This document shows, piece after piece, positions 1-8,762 of a stretch of 33,248 nt of DNA. Under the pieces are notes generated by a model. It saw nothing but the letters and a program-made list of their open reading frames with translations. It was not told the DNA's origin and ran no database searches. The DNA is from a virus. Lineage: Duplodnaviria > Caudoviricetes. Position 1 is the stretch's first letter. Every line of letters begins with the position of its first letter. The position numbers and the translations under genes were made by a program. The DNA lies in the IMG/VR virus record IMGVR_UViG_3300030107_004400, positions 1-33,248 of that record. One strand, 5' to 3'.

Positions 1-2
1 CC

Positions 3-1409
3 CAAGAAGCTTTAAGAGTATATAGAGGAGAAGCTAGTTCTCTAGGATTAGGTATGAGTAAAGGACAAGCCAGGCACTTATTGTTTAAAACATTTGATTT
101 GCAAAATATGAATCAAATTGTAAAAAGAGGATATTTTACAGAAGTTGAAATGCAAAAAATTATGCAAAGAGCACATAGAATTACACAGGGTCAGCCTACA
201 ATAGAATATATGCCAACCGCATTTCAATCTAAATTTATGAGACCATTTACTTTGTTTCATAGAATGGCGTACAGGTCTACTAATACATTATATAAGAATG
301 CTGTTGTTCCTGCAGGAGCAGGTAATCCATGGCCGATTCTTAAATGGGCAGGAGCGGCTTATGCTACAGGAGCAGTTAAAGAGTACTTATATTATTTAGC
401 ATCTGGAGCCCCAGAGAGAGACATGTTTCAAGCAATGCCAAATCAGATTATGAATACTATGTTACAGGGGGAATTATTAGGGATTTTTAGTAACCTTGTA
501 GATGATAGGTCTGGTTATCTTCCTGCAGTATTAGATTATACCAAAAAAACAGGTGATTTAATAGGAATGCTTCTTGCAGGTGCAAGTACAGGTCTAGGAG
601 GCGACGTTGCTAAAATGCTATCAATGGTAGATAAGCTAGAGGGAGAACCAGGTAAACCTTTATCCCCTAAAGATAGAGAAAGAATAAAACAACAAGCTTA
701 TAAAAATATATTCAAGGGTATGTCTAATGAGTCTATAAATTATTTAGAAAAAACTATTCCTCTATTTAATGCTATTAAAAAACAATGGGGTCAAAAAGCA
801 AAACCTTATAAGACTGAAGCAGAATATGTATCAAAACTACAAACTATATATGCTGATGCTACAGGAAAACGAGATATGAAACTTGATAAAGGAAGAACTT
901 ATAATGCAAAAACAGAGTTCTATTCTCAGTTGCAGAATTTATTTTGGGCAGGCTCAGAAGCTGAAAAAAGAAGAATATACGAAGCCTCTGTTATGCTTTT
1001 AACTGCTAATACCATGAATGATAATCCAGGTTCTCATACCTATCGTTCAGCCTTAACACAATCTATAGCAACAGTATCACAAAAGATTTTATCTACTTCC
1101 CCTACTTACTCTACTTCGCACAAGGAAAAGCAATTAGGAGTTCCATTGTCTAGGAGTAAATATCAAGCATTTTTAAAGTATTTAAAAGAAAACTCTCCTG
1201 ATGATGTAGATAGAGTTATTAAAGCTCAGAAAGATTGGGATATGAGAAAAAAAATATGGGATAAAACTATTGCTCCTGTAAAATCTGAACTATTAAAGCA
1301 TGGATTTAATAGAGAGTACAGAAAACAATATGGAGTAGAACCAACTATATATTACCCTAAGAGTATGTACGAACAACCAGAGGCATCTAGGGAAATGTTT
1401 AATGAATAA
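3..1409 (+). CDS. C-terminal part of a large late protein, probably an internal virion/ejected protein (5'-truncated by the window)
   Basis: The frame is open from position 3 (QEALRVYRGEASSLGLG-M54), so the gene starts upstream. It is helical and Ala/Gly/Lys-rich and sits at the end of the late arm. Function is inferred from position only. Confidence 0.55.
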   Translation, partial: QEALRVYRGEASSLGLGMSKGQARHLLFKTFDLQNMNQIVKRGYFTEVEMQKIMQRAHRITQGQPTIEYMPTAFQSKFMRPFTLFHRMAYRSTNTLYKNAVVPAGAGNPWPILKWAGAAYATGAVKEYLYYLASGAPERDMFQAMPNQIMNTMLQGELLGIFSNLVDDRSGYLPAVLDYTKKTGDLIGMLLAGASTGLGGDVAKMLSMVDKLEGEPGKPLSPKDRERIKQQAYKNIFKGMSNESINYLEKTIPLFNAIKKQWGQKAKPYKTEAEYVSKLQTIYADATGKRDMKLDKGRTYNAKTEFYSQLQNLFWAGSEAEKRRIYEASVMLLTANTMNDNPGSHTYRSALTQSIATVSQKILSTSPTYSTSHKEKQLGVPLSRSKYQAFLKYLKENSPDDVDRVIKAQKDWDMRKKIWDKTIAPVKSELLKHGFNREYRKQYGVEPTIYYPKSMYEQPEASREMFNE

Positions 1410-1423
1410 TTTGGAGAAATAAA

Positions 1424-2203
1424 ATGGAAAAACTGTTGAAAGATTTTTTAAGAGGTGAAGGGGATGAGGAAATATTTGATGTCTGGTGGGAGTCAGACAA
1501 TGCTCATAGTGCTATAGACTCTTTAATAACTTTAGCTGAACAAGATAGTGCTAAAAGGGAGTCTATAAAAGATATGGCTAGACTTGCTTCTAGTAATTAT
1601 CGTGCAGCTGTTGCTGGAAAGCCTTGGTTGGGGATACAGAATATTCGCTCAGGAGAATTAGGAGATTATACAGGGCAATCTATAACTAACAAATTAGATG
1701 GAGTTATGTTTTCTCCGCTACCAGAAGGAGAGGCCCCTTTAGAAAACCCTAATCTGCTAGACATATACCTTGGATATCAAGAACAGGAAATGCCTGAATA
1801 TTCTGGAAAGATTTTAAAAGATATGGTTGGATATGAAGACGCCCCTATATACGATATATCCCCTTACTCTAGATTTGAAGGGTTCTTTGGTCAAAATCCT
1901 TCTCAGGAAACAGAGTTAAAGGATTTAATATTTACTCTTTCTCCAGGAGAAACTATGGATATCCCAGAAGGAATAAAATCAGTATTTGGTAGTAATCTAG
2001 ATTTAGGTGGTCGCTTTAAGGAATACATAGGAAAAGATGAAGAAGGCTCTCCATTTTTCGGTGTACAAGACAAATGGGATTTTGCTGGAGAAGATTATAG
2101 TCCATATCAAAGGCTTATGGAAGCCCTTATGGTAAATCCTATAAACATGTATGGCAGATTTCCAATTGATGAAAACAACCCTATTTATAAATATGGACGC
2201 TAA
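1424..2203 (+). CDS. Hypothetical acidic protein, last gene of the late arm
   Basis: 259 aa ORF with GGAGA SD; converges on the minus-strand arm. Confidence 0.75.
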   Translation: MEKLLKDFLRGEGDEEIFDVWWESDNAHSAIDSLITLAEQDSAKRESIKDMARLASSNYRAAVAGKPWLGIQNIRSGELGDYTGQSITNKLDGVMFSPLPEGEAPLENPNLLDIYLGYQEQEMPEYSGKILKDMVGYEDAPIYDISPYSRFEGFFGQNPSQETELKDLIFTLSPGETMDIPEGIKSVFGSNLDLGGRFKEYIGKDEEGSPFFGVQDKWDFAGEDYSPYQRLMEALMVNPINMYGRFPIDENNPIYKYGR

Positions 2204-2217
2204 TACATTTAAAGTCT

Positions 2218-2619
2218 TTAAAGAAATAAGTGATTAACTAGTTTTCTAATAGGTAGTAATATCATTTTTGATTTTCCAAAGTCTCCACCAGATGCTTTAG
2301 CAGTAAATCCTTTTTTAGTCATTTCCTTAATTACTTTCTTTAACTTTTCCACAGGGAATATAAAACTAAAAACCATTTTATCTTTATAAGTTAAATTATG
2401 AACCCAATACTCAGCCTCTGTAATAGATATCCCAGATGGAGTGTTTCCGTTCTTATACTCAATAACTATATTCCCTGTTTTCTTCCATATATCTCTTTCT
2501 GTTTTGACTTCTATCTTACTACCACCTTCTAGTATTTCACAGATTCTTTTTTCATTATTTATACCAAATTCTAAATCTATATCAAAGTTATTGTTTTGAA
2601 AGTCTTGATTTAAAGGCAT
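2218..2619 (-). CDS. Putative PD-(D/E)XK restriction-endonuclease-fold protein
   Basis: IEVKTERDIWKKTGNIVIEY contains an ExK motif of a family common in phages. Confidence 0.6.
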   Translation of the reverse strand: MPLNQDFQNNNFDIDLEFGINNEKRICEILEGGSKIEVKTERDIWKKTGNIVIEYKNGNTPSGISITEAEYWVHNLTYKDKMVFSFIFPVEKLKKVIKEMTKKGFTAKASGGDFGKSKMILLPIRKLVNHLFL

Positions 2620-2877
2620 TTAATCTCTCCTATCTTTTTCTCTTCTGTTTAGAATTGCGGCATTTATTCTGTAGTTCTTAACTCTTCTTTCTTTTTTCCT
2701 TCTATCTTTAAAGTCGTTTTCATCTCCAGGGTCTCTGTTGGTTATTGTTTTATCCTTACTTCTCTCGTCATGTCCATACGACATAGAGTATGGAGGCCCC
2801 CAATTTTTATTTTTACTATTTTCTACTTTATCAATATCAATATAATCTTCCATATAGGATTCACTGTTTTTACTCAT
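2620..2877 (-). CDS. Hypothetical charged protein
   Basis: 85 aa; GAGGA SD; abuts both neighbours. Confidence 0.7.
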   Translation of the reverse strand: MSKNSESYMEDYIDIDKVENSKNKNWGPPYSMSYGHDERSKDKTITNRDPGDENDFKDRRKKERRVKNYRINAAILNRREKDRRD

Positions 2878-2881
2878 AATA

Positions 2882-3136
2882 TTATCCTCTTTTAATATAG
2901 TTTAAACTGCTGTCTAAATTCTCACTTTCTCTAAACTTCTCAACATAAAAAGATTTCTTTTTAGTCGCTTCCCAAGTAACTCTTCTTTCTGTAACAGCTA
3001 TTATTTTGCTCCAAAACATCAAAAGAGATGCTATTATTAAATAGCTACTCTCTAAATCTATTCCTGCTTTTAATATAAATACACATATAAAAATATTTAA
3101 AGCACTTCTAATAACTTCTAAAAATAAAGCTCTCAT
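2882..3136 (-). CDS. Hypothetical membrane protein (2 predicted TM helices)
   Basis: Hydrophobic ALNIFICVFILKAGI and YLIIASLLMFWSKIIAV segments; AAGGAG SD. Confidence 0.7.
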   Translation of the reverse strand: MRALFLEVIRSALNIFICVFILKAGIDLESSYLIIASLLMFWSKIIAVTERRVTWEATKKKSFYVEKFRESENLDSSLNYIKRG

Positions 3137-3249
3137 TTATTCTCCTTTTTAATTGGATATTTTTTATTACATTCACAACAAATATGAATATTGTCTTCAC
3201 GTCTTTTGCTGTCTTCTGAGTCGCACAGCTCACAGCCCTTAACTACCAT
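3133..3249 (-). CDS. 38 aa zinc-finger microprotein (not in ORF track)
   Basis: MVVKGCELCDSEDSKRREDNIHICCECNKKYPIKKENK. It has CxxC..CxxC, starts inside the dnaB 3' end and stops with an ATGA overlap on the next gene. Confidence 0.6.
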   Translation of the reverse strand: MVVKGCELCDSEDSKRREDNIHICCECNKKYPIKKENK

Positions 3250-4588
3250 TTTTATCGTGCAACTTTGCTTCTTCTAAAGAATCGTAAATTAGACACTTGT
3301 TACCATTGTACCCCATTCTGACCATACCTGTTTCTCCGTATCTATTCTTAGCAACATACACGTTAAACTCAAGTCTATCAACTTCATCATATCTAGAAAC
3401 CCAAGGATAATGTGCAAACATTGCAGTTTCAGCATCTTGTTCTAAGAAACCAGATTCTGCTAAATCAGATAATCTAGGAATATTATCTATTCTATGCTCA
3501 ACATTACGATTTAATTGGGATACAAGTATAACAGACATATTCTCAGACTTAGACAACCATTTGTATTTTTTAGATACTTCTCCAATCTTAATCCTTAAGT
3601 CTCTATTATCTCTTGATGGAAACTCAATTAACCCAACGTGGTCATCAATTACAACATCTGGCTTTATTCTTTTTATTTCTCTAACTGATGAAGGCAGGTC
3701 TCTAACATCATCAAACATAAATAAGTTCTTATACTTCTTGCTTATTCTGTCTATAGTAGAATGCAACTCTATTGCATTTTCATCTATTCCGTGCCTTAAA
3801 TTACTATAGCTAAGGTTACCAGACTCCATAGCTATAATCTTTTTCATCATTTCCACATTAGGCATTTCTCTATTAAACATTACTACAGTTTTACCATTTA
3901 GTACTAACCTTCTAGCAATATTCGCCGCTAACGTAGTCTTTCCATTTCCTGGTCTTCCTGCTACAATAGTAATCTCTCCCCTAGTCATTCCAGATATTAA
4001 TCTATCAATACTATCATAACCAGTTTTTTGTAAGTTCTTACCTTTATATATGGAGTCCATAGTTTCTTCTAATAGATTATCTAAATTAAATTCACTATTA
4101 GGTCTAAGATTTAACATACTACCTATAGTTGTATGAGCCTCTTCTAGTAAAACCTCTACACCTTTAGACTCATCATCAGATAGCTGTAAAATCCTGCGAG
4201 TTTGTTTAATTAACTTTCTTCTTAACCAATACTCGTGAACTCTTTTAGCATAGTACTCTATATTAGCTGAGGTAGGAACTTCATCTGGTAATCCACTTAT
4301 ATAATAAAAATCATCTTTATTAGAACTTCTTTCTTTGTATTCACTATGTATAGTAATAATATCTATAGATTCATTTTTATCTTCAAGGGTTAGTATTGAT
4401 TTCCATATTCTTTGATTAATGTCGGCATAGAATGCTTCTGGCGAAGGTATCCAAGCTTTAATTCTAGACAAGCTAGAGTTATCTAGTAAAATACTCCCTA
4501 GTAATGCTTTTTCAGTATTAATATCATAAGCATTGGCAAAGTCACTTACGTGAAATTGGGGGTAACCTGTCGAGGTACTTTTTCTCAT
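3239..4588 (-). CDS. dnaB: Replicative DNA helicase, DnaB family (start uncertain)
   Basis: N-terminal EKALLGSILLD and VPTSANIEYYA; Walker A AGRPGNGKT; VVIDDH; VILVSQLNR; PRLSDLAESGFLEQDA; AKNRYG. Confidence 0.96.
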   Translation of the reverse strand: MRKSTSTGYPQFHVSDFANAYDINTEKALLGSILLDNSSLSRIKAWIPSPEAFYADINQRIWKSILTLEDKNESIDIITIHSEYKERSSNKDDFYYISGLPDEVPTSANIEYYAKRVHEYWLRRKLIKQTRRILQLSDDESKGVEVLLEEAHTTIGSMLNLRPNSEFNLDNLLEETMDSIYKGKNLQKTGYDSIDRLISGMTRGEITIVAGRPGNGKTTLAANIARRLVLNGKTVVMFNREMPNVEMMKKIIAMESGNLSYSNLRHGIDENAIELHSTIDRISKKYKNLFMFDDVRDLPSSVREIKRIKPDVVIDDHVGLIEFPSRDNRDLRIKIGEVSKKYKWLSKSENMSVILVSQLNRNVEHRIDNIPRLSDLAESGFLEQDAETAMFAHYPWVSRYDEVDRLEFNVYVAKNRYGETGMVRMGYNGNKCLIYDSLEEAKLHDKNGS

Positions 4589-4916
4589 ACTGTTTTCTTT
4601 TTTCAAATGTCCTGTTTTCTCCTTTGATTACACCTAATAGATATTTAATTCCATATCCAGATTCGTATAATCTTTTTGTACTAAATACACTAATTCCTCT
4701 TCTAATTATAATCTGTTGAATATCTTTTATTTCGTTAAAAAATATATTCTTAAAAGATTCAACCTCTACACCACTCAATCTAGAGAAAATACCATCTATA
4801 GCTTTAACAGTTTTTTCTTCCATAGAATCTCTAATTTCTTGAACAGTTCTATTATAATCCTTTTCTTTTGTTTTTTTGCCACAAGTTGGGCATTTATACA
4901 TCTTCACAATTACCAC
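4542..4916 (-). CDS. Hypothetical protein with N-terminal CxxC; candidate helicase loader or replication factor
   Basis: YKCPTCGK followed by a helical domain; lies directly upstream of dnaB. Function is positional inference. Confidence 0.55.
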   Translation of the reverse strand: MVIVKMYKCPTCGKKTKEKDYNRTVQEIRDSMEEKTVKAIDGIFSRLSGVEVESFKNIFFNEIKDIQQIIIRRGISVFSTKRLYESGYGIKYLLGVIKGENRTFEKRKQYEKKYLDRLPPISRK

Positions 4917-5226
4917 ATATCTCCTTTACTGCAGGAATATTACCGAATATGCTCTGTCTTAAATATTCTTGAGTTACTCTGCGACTCCTAGAGCTATCCA
5001 TACTAGAATACCATACCCAATGCTTCCTGCAATCTTTACAATATCTTGGTTCGTGTTTTTGATGAGGCTTATTACTTCTAGAACCTGATATATTCTCAGA
5101 TAATAACATATCAGTTGTCATAATCCAATCTTTATCTGGTTTAATATTTATTTTGCCACTATCAGTAAAGTTCCAATCACCAAAAAAGTAAGCAACAGAA
5201 AGAGCTTTTAGTTTTTCTGCGGCGAT
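4894..5226 (-). CDS. Hypothetical zinc-binding protein (start uncertain)
   Basis: YCKDC...ICGNC. The track's ATG at 5352 lies deep inside the resolvase gene; an ATC at 5226 overlaps the resolvase stop. Confidence 0.55.
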   Translation of the reverse strand: MAAEKLKALSVAYFFGDWNFTDSGKINIKPDKDWIMTTDMLLSENISGSRSNKPHQKHEPRYCKDCRKHWVWYSSMDSSRSRRVTQEYLRQSIFGNIPAVKEICGNCEDV

Positions 5227-5540
5227 TAATCTTGCTTGGCTTTTATCTTGAGAAAATGTAACAAACTCTCGTACGTCAAGATTGCGTAAATTTTCCCCCT
5301 GTCCTCTTTTACTAACTGTATGTCTACTTTCTCCGACTCTGGTTTTATCCATTGTGCTATCCTTTTTCTTGTTTTACATTGTATTTTATAGCCACCTACA
5401 ATAATGTCTACCTCGGCTACCTCTCCTAAAGAGCGACCATCGCTACCCCAGGCTCTAATAGCCTCGACACCATTCTCCTTTGCGATGTCTACACATAGCC
5501 TTTCAAATCTATTTCCTTTAGCTTTACTCTTACTTGGCAT
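5226..5540 (-). CDS. Holliday junction resolvase (Hjc-like PD-(D/E)XK)
   Basis: SKAKGNRFERL...SDGRSLG..VDIIVGGYKIQCK pattern. Confidence 0.85.
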   Translation of the reverse strand: MPSKSKAKGNRFERLCVDIAKENGVEAIRAWGSDGRSLGEVAEVDIIVGGYKIQCKTRKRIAQWIKPESEKVDIQLVKEDRGKIYAILTYESLLHFLKIKAKQD

Positions 5541-5742
5541 TGATTTTCAAAGCTAATTCTTTAATTCTTTTTTCTGCTTTGCCTTTCTTAGGAGGTTCTT
5601 CATCTAGCCATATGATATTATCTACAGCATATTTATTAGATACGGAGAAATATCCTGTAGTAACCATAAATGGATATTTTTCTTCTACCATTCCATAGTT
5701 ATATATAGAGGTTCGATGATTATCTTCAAAGTTAATTTTCAC
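5530..5742 (-). CDS. Hypothetical protein
   Basis: 70 aa; GTG start with AAGGAG SD; overlap-coupled. Confidence 0.65.
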   Translation of the reverse strand: MKINFEDNHRTSIYNYGMVEEKYPFMVTTGYFSVSNKYAVDNIIWLDEEPPKKGKAEKRIKELALKINAK

Positions 5743-5887
5743 TCACTACTCCTTTTTTAGTATTTTTTCTAGGTTTAACCTTTCTTTTTTTAGACTTATT
5801 TTGTTTTTCGACAAACTTTAAATTGTCCATTAAGACAGCTTTCTTTATTTCTCCAAATACAGCTTTAGCTAGTTTCTTTAGTTCCAT
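5732..5887 (-). CDS. 51 aa basic hypothetical protein (not in ORF track)
   Basis: MELKKLAKAVFGEIKK...KGVVSEN; GGAG SD; fills the gap and overlaps both neighbours. Confidence 0.6.
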   Translation of the reverse strand: MELKKLAKAVFGEIKKAVLMDNLKFVEKQNKSKKRKVKPRKNTKKGVVSEN

Positions 5888-6206
5888 TTTCTTCTCCGTT
5901 TTTTGTTTCTAAAATCATAGCATGCAGTAATAAAAGATAATTCCTAGCATCTCTTATTCTTCCAGATATACTTTCGTCGCATGCCTCTGTACCTGTCTGC
6001 ACATAATTTCTTATAGAATCCATATGTTTTAGTAGATACACTAGTAGTATTTCCTCTGGCTTTAAGTTCAATCTTTCTCCTACAGATTTAAAATTTTTCA
6101 ATTTATCATCAGAGGATACAGTATATTCCTTACCTTTTGAATACATTATCTTATGTTCTATATCCATTTCAGTTTCAGACCAAGCAAAAAAATCTTCTAC
6201 TTTCAT
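5865..6206 (-). CDS. Putative all-alpha NTP pyrophosphohydrolase-fold / nucleotide-modification-associated protein
   Basis: KGKEY..DDKLKNFK...YLLKHMDSI...ESISGRIRDARNYLLLL pattern. Start set at ATG 6206 (GGAGA SD, ATGA overlap). Confidence 0.6.
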   Translation of the reverse strand: MKVEDFFAWSETEMDIEHKIMYSKGKEYTVSSDDKLKNFKSVGERLNLKPEEILLVYLLKHMDSIRNYVQTGTEACDESISGRIRDARNYLLLLHAMILETKNGEENGTKETS

Positions 6207-6367
6207 ATTATTTCTCCATACCAAGAATTAAGAGCATAGTCTCCTAGACTATCTGGGCAGACAGTATGCTCACAAACTTCACACTCATATCCAACTTCAG
6301 TTTCGTCTGATGAAGAATCCCCAAACTCTACTTCTTCCATTGGATATTCACAATTATAACATTCCAT
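6203..6367 (-). CDS. 54 aa acidic zinc-ribbon protein (not in ORF track)
   Basis: MECYNCEYPMEEVEFGDSSSDETEVGYECEVCEH...; AGGAG SD; coupled to the next gene. Confidence 0.7.
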   Translation of the reverse strand: MECYNCEYPMEEVEFGDSSSDETEVGYECEVCEHTVCPDSLGDYALNSWYGEII

Positions 6368-6368
6368 A

Positions 6369-6584
6369 TTACTCTCCTATTTCGCTAGCTAAGTCAGTAT
6401 CTATAATATTAGTAGAATAATTATTACTACGGCAACACTCTGTAGGTATCTTCATAGATTCATTATCTTTTTCTACCAATAACCTTACCGCATCTGCTAT
6501 ACTTCTTATTTCAGTTATTCCTAATTTGTTGCTATTATGTAGCAAGTCTCTTAGTATCTCTACAGGCTTATTTTCTACTTTCAT
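6369..6584 (-). CDS. Hypothetical protein
   Basis: 71 aa; AAGGAG SD. Confidence 0.7.
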   Translation of the reverse strand: MKVENKPVEILRDLLHNSNKLGITEIRSIADAVRLLVEKDNESMKIPTECCRSNNYSTNIIDTDLASEIGE

Positions 6585-6975
6585 TTGACTTCTCCTTTTT
6601 ATACCAATATGCTATAGAGTCTTCGTGCTCTATACCTATTTTTCTTACGTTAAATAATGAACTCATAAGAGATTTATTCTCTCTATACCATTTCTTATAT
6701 TCTGGTTTATGCTTTCTGCATAAGTGAATCTTTAAAGGCATTTTATTAAACCACCCTGGTAGTTCAACCTCATTACTTCCATTACCATCAAACCTTAACC
6801 CACAAACTATACATTGTTTAGGGCTAAATCGTACAAAAGGATTAGTAGAACCTTTCATCTCTTCAACATAAGAATCTGGCGCACAATTCACATTGTACCA
6901 GATATCGTCTTTCATTAGCTGATTATACCAATCATTTTCCTTAAACTTACTTTTATAAGTAGAAGTTCTTTTCAT
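6568..6975 (-). CDS. Hypothetical protein with CxxC...CxxH metal site
   Basis: QCIVCG...LCRKH; AAGGAG SD. Confidence 0.7.
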   Translation of the reverse strand: MKRTSTYKSKFKENDWYNQLMKDDIWYNVNCAPDSYVEEMKGSTNPFVRFSPKQCIVCGLRFDGNGSNEVELPGWFNKMPLKIHLCRKHKPEYKKWYRENKSLMSSLFNVRKIGIEHEDSIAYWYKKEKSNESRK

Positions 6976-7000
6976 TGTTTCTCCTTTACGTTATTAAATC

Positions 7001-7185
7001 TACTTGGTAGCTTCTAGGCGCCAACCACTATTCTTACACACAACAAAAACATTCCTATTAGATTATTTTTTCACTAACAGGTTTAAGTGTTTTGAAATTT
7101 GCTACCAAGCATAGTGGCTATGCAGGGTATCGAGCCCCACATAGCCTTAAAAGGTATGGCGAAAGGAGAGTTAAAGACCATACCT
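7001..7185 (-). ncRNA. Candidate structured RNA with three adjacent helices, including a tRNA-like minihelix
   Basis: Inverted repeats at 7152-7159/7178-7185, 7116-7127/7135-7146 and 7003-7011/7101-7109. G.U pairs are only possible on the minus strand. Confidence 0.55.
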
Positions 7186-7201
7186 ACGAGAGTAAACAAG
7201 C

Positions 7202-7393
7202 TTATTTTATATAATAAACAAGGTACTTACTGTTATTTAAAGGTTTAGATTTAATTTTTAAACCATCATTTCTTAACTCATATATGTATCTAGAAATAAC
7301 ACTAACTCCAAACCTTCGAGCATCAACTTGGGTTATCTTTTCTCCGTTTACTAATGCTCTCTTGATGTTCTTTTTTATTCTTAAGGGCGACAT
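7202..7393 (-). CDS. Small winged helix-turn-helix DNA-binding protein
   Basis: KITQVDARRFGVSVISRYIYELRNDGLKIKS matches the small phage wHTH pattern. Confidence 0.75.
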   Translation of the reverse strand: MSPLRIKKNIKRALVNGEKITQVDARRFGVSVISRYIYELRNDGLKIKSKPLNNSKYLVYYIK

Positions 7394-7565
7394 ATGTATT
7401 CCTTAGTTTTCTAGTTAATACTCTATCTTCCCAACTGCTTAACTCATATATATACTTTTCAGCATACAAATCTTGTTTAGCAGTAGTTACATAATTGACT
7501 CCTTCATCATAACCTACTAGGTCTATGAATTTATCCATTATGTCATTCCATTTTTGAATTTGCAT
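7323..7565 (-). CDS. Hypothetical protein
   Basis: 80 aa; starts right after the SSB-like stop. Confidence 0.6.
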   Translation of the reverse strand: MQIQKWNDIMDKFIDLVGYDEGVNYVTTAKQDLYAEKYIYELSSWEDRVLTRKLRNTYVALKNKKEHQESISKRRKDNPS

Positions 7566-7567
7566 AT

Positions 7568-8143
7568 CTAGAAAGGAATGTCGCTTAGAACTTTAGTTCC
7601 CTCTTTCCATTCATTAACATCAATAGCCTTTGGAGATACCATTTCATCACCATCCCTACCTAACCATTTATCGTGAACGACTTTGATTTTAACAGGTGTT
7701 CCCTTTATCGTATCTTCGTCCATAGTAGGTAGTCTATATCTACCATCAGACTCTTCTACAGTAAGCCCTAAACCAGAGGCTAGTTCCATATACCTCTTGT
7801 TTGAACCTGGAGAGTCAGAGAGTTGAGGGTACTTAGCTGAGTCTGGGTTCTTGAATCGAAAAAATCCTTTTGAAGGAACTTTTCTATCAACGAAAGCCTT
7901 GCCAGATACCTTATCTCCGTTAACTCCATATTCATTATTTTCATTTTCTTTAGCTATAGTAAATGTAGGAATATAAATATCTGCTAAGAATTTATTCTTA
8001 ATTACTATGTCTTCTTTGATTTCTAGTGATTCTACGTGTGCAAGATATTCTCCTGCAGGCATTACACCATCAAAATCCTGTGAAGGGTCATAGTAGGCAT
8101 CACTACTATTCATATTACCAAGTATATCAGTTACATTACTCAT
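7568..8143 (-). CDS. Single-stranded DNA-binding-like (OB-fold) protein
   Basis: MPAGEYLAHV start, GTPVKIKVVH strand and C-terminal DIPF tail typical of SSBs; adjacent to the annealase. Confidence 0.75.
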   Translation of the reverse strand: MSNVTDILGNMNSSDAYYDPSQDFDGVMPAGEYLAHVESLEIKEDIVIKNKFLADIYIPTFTIAKENENNEYGVNGDKVSGKAFVDRKVPSKGFFRFKNPDSAKYPQLSDSPGSNKRYMELASGLGLTVEESDGRYRLPTMDEDTIKGTPVKIKVVHDKWLGRDGDEMVSPKAIDVNEWKEGTKVLSDIPF

Positions 8144-8762
8144 TATTGCTCCTTTGTTGTTTTATTATTGTTTCTATTCTTTCTATTGTTCTTTTTATGT
8201 TTGTCTTATTAATAGTCAAGTTCTTTATACCTTCTCTTATTGTGCTCTTAGTACTATCATCTAATTCTTCCATTAAAGATTCTATCATTTCTACTTCTTC
8301 ATCTGAAAGAGATGGGTCAATTACTTGCTTTCTATATACGTCATCTGCTATGTTGGTTAACCTATTTACTGCTCTTTTAAAGCCATTTGTATTAGCAGAT
8401 GCTACATTTTTATCTATATCAACAACATTCTCTGGAACGTGCTCGCTACCTCTTTTAAATTGTATACGAGCCGCACCTGGAGAAAAGAATTCTTTAGTAT
8501 AACCATCTTCATTTATTCTCAAAGTTCCAGATACTACAACCCATTCAGAACCTAAGAACTGTACAGGGTTATCCCCTGCAGGCGACCAAGACCATAATGG
8601 ATACTCCTCATTAAGTTTAGACCTTAAATAGGCTTCCTCAACATAATCATACCCATCATTTTTTCTCTTAACAAATATGTTAGGAGTCGTCTCGCTTGAT
8701 ATTCTTTTCCGTTTCTCTAATATAGAATCTTTAATCTCATCTTTTACTATTAGTTTTGCCAT
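8136..8762 (-). CDS. Rad52/Sak-like single-strand annealing protein
   Basis: KRKNDGYDYVE...LNE..P.WSW...VSGTLRI...SANTNGFKRA motifs. Confidence 0.8.
   Translation of the reverse strand: MAKLIVKDEIKDSILEKRKRISSETTPNIFVKRKNDGYDYVEEAYLRSKLNEEYPLWSWSPAGDNPVQFLGSEWVVVSGTLRINEDGYTKEFFSPGAARIQFKRGSEHVPENVVDIDKNVASANTNGFKRAVNRLTNIADDVYRKQVIDPSLSDEEVEMIESLMEELDDSTKSTIREGIKNLTINKTNIKRTIERIETIIKQQRSNNE

Noticed and set aside
2204-2217. Bidirectional terminator at the convergence of the two arms
   Set aside because: The gap is only 14 nt and has no stable hairpin.
4498-4545. -1 frameshift at G-AAA-AAG joining a GTG-initiated mini-ORF to dnaB
   Set aside because: It would discard AYDINTE, which fits the DnaB N-terminal consensus in the main frame, and the heptamer is imperfect.
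7090-7190. Complete tRNA gene
   Set aside because: No D-arm or anticodon arm; only acceptor and T-arm geometry. Reported as a minihelix instead.
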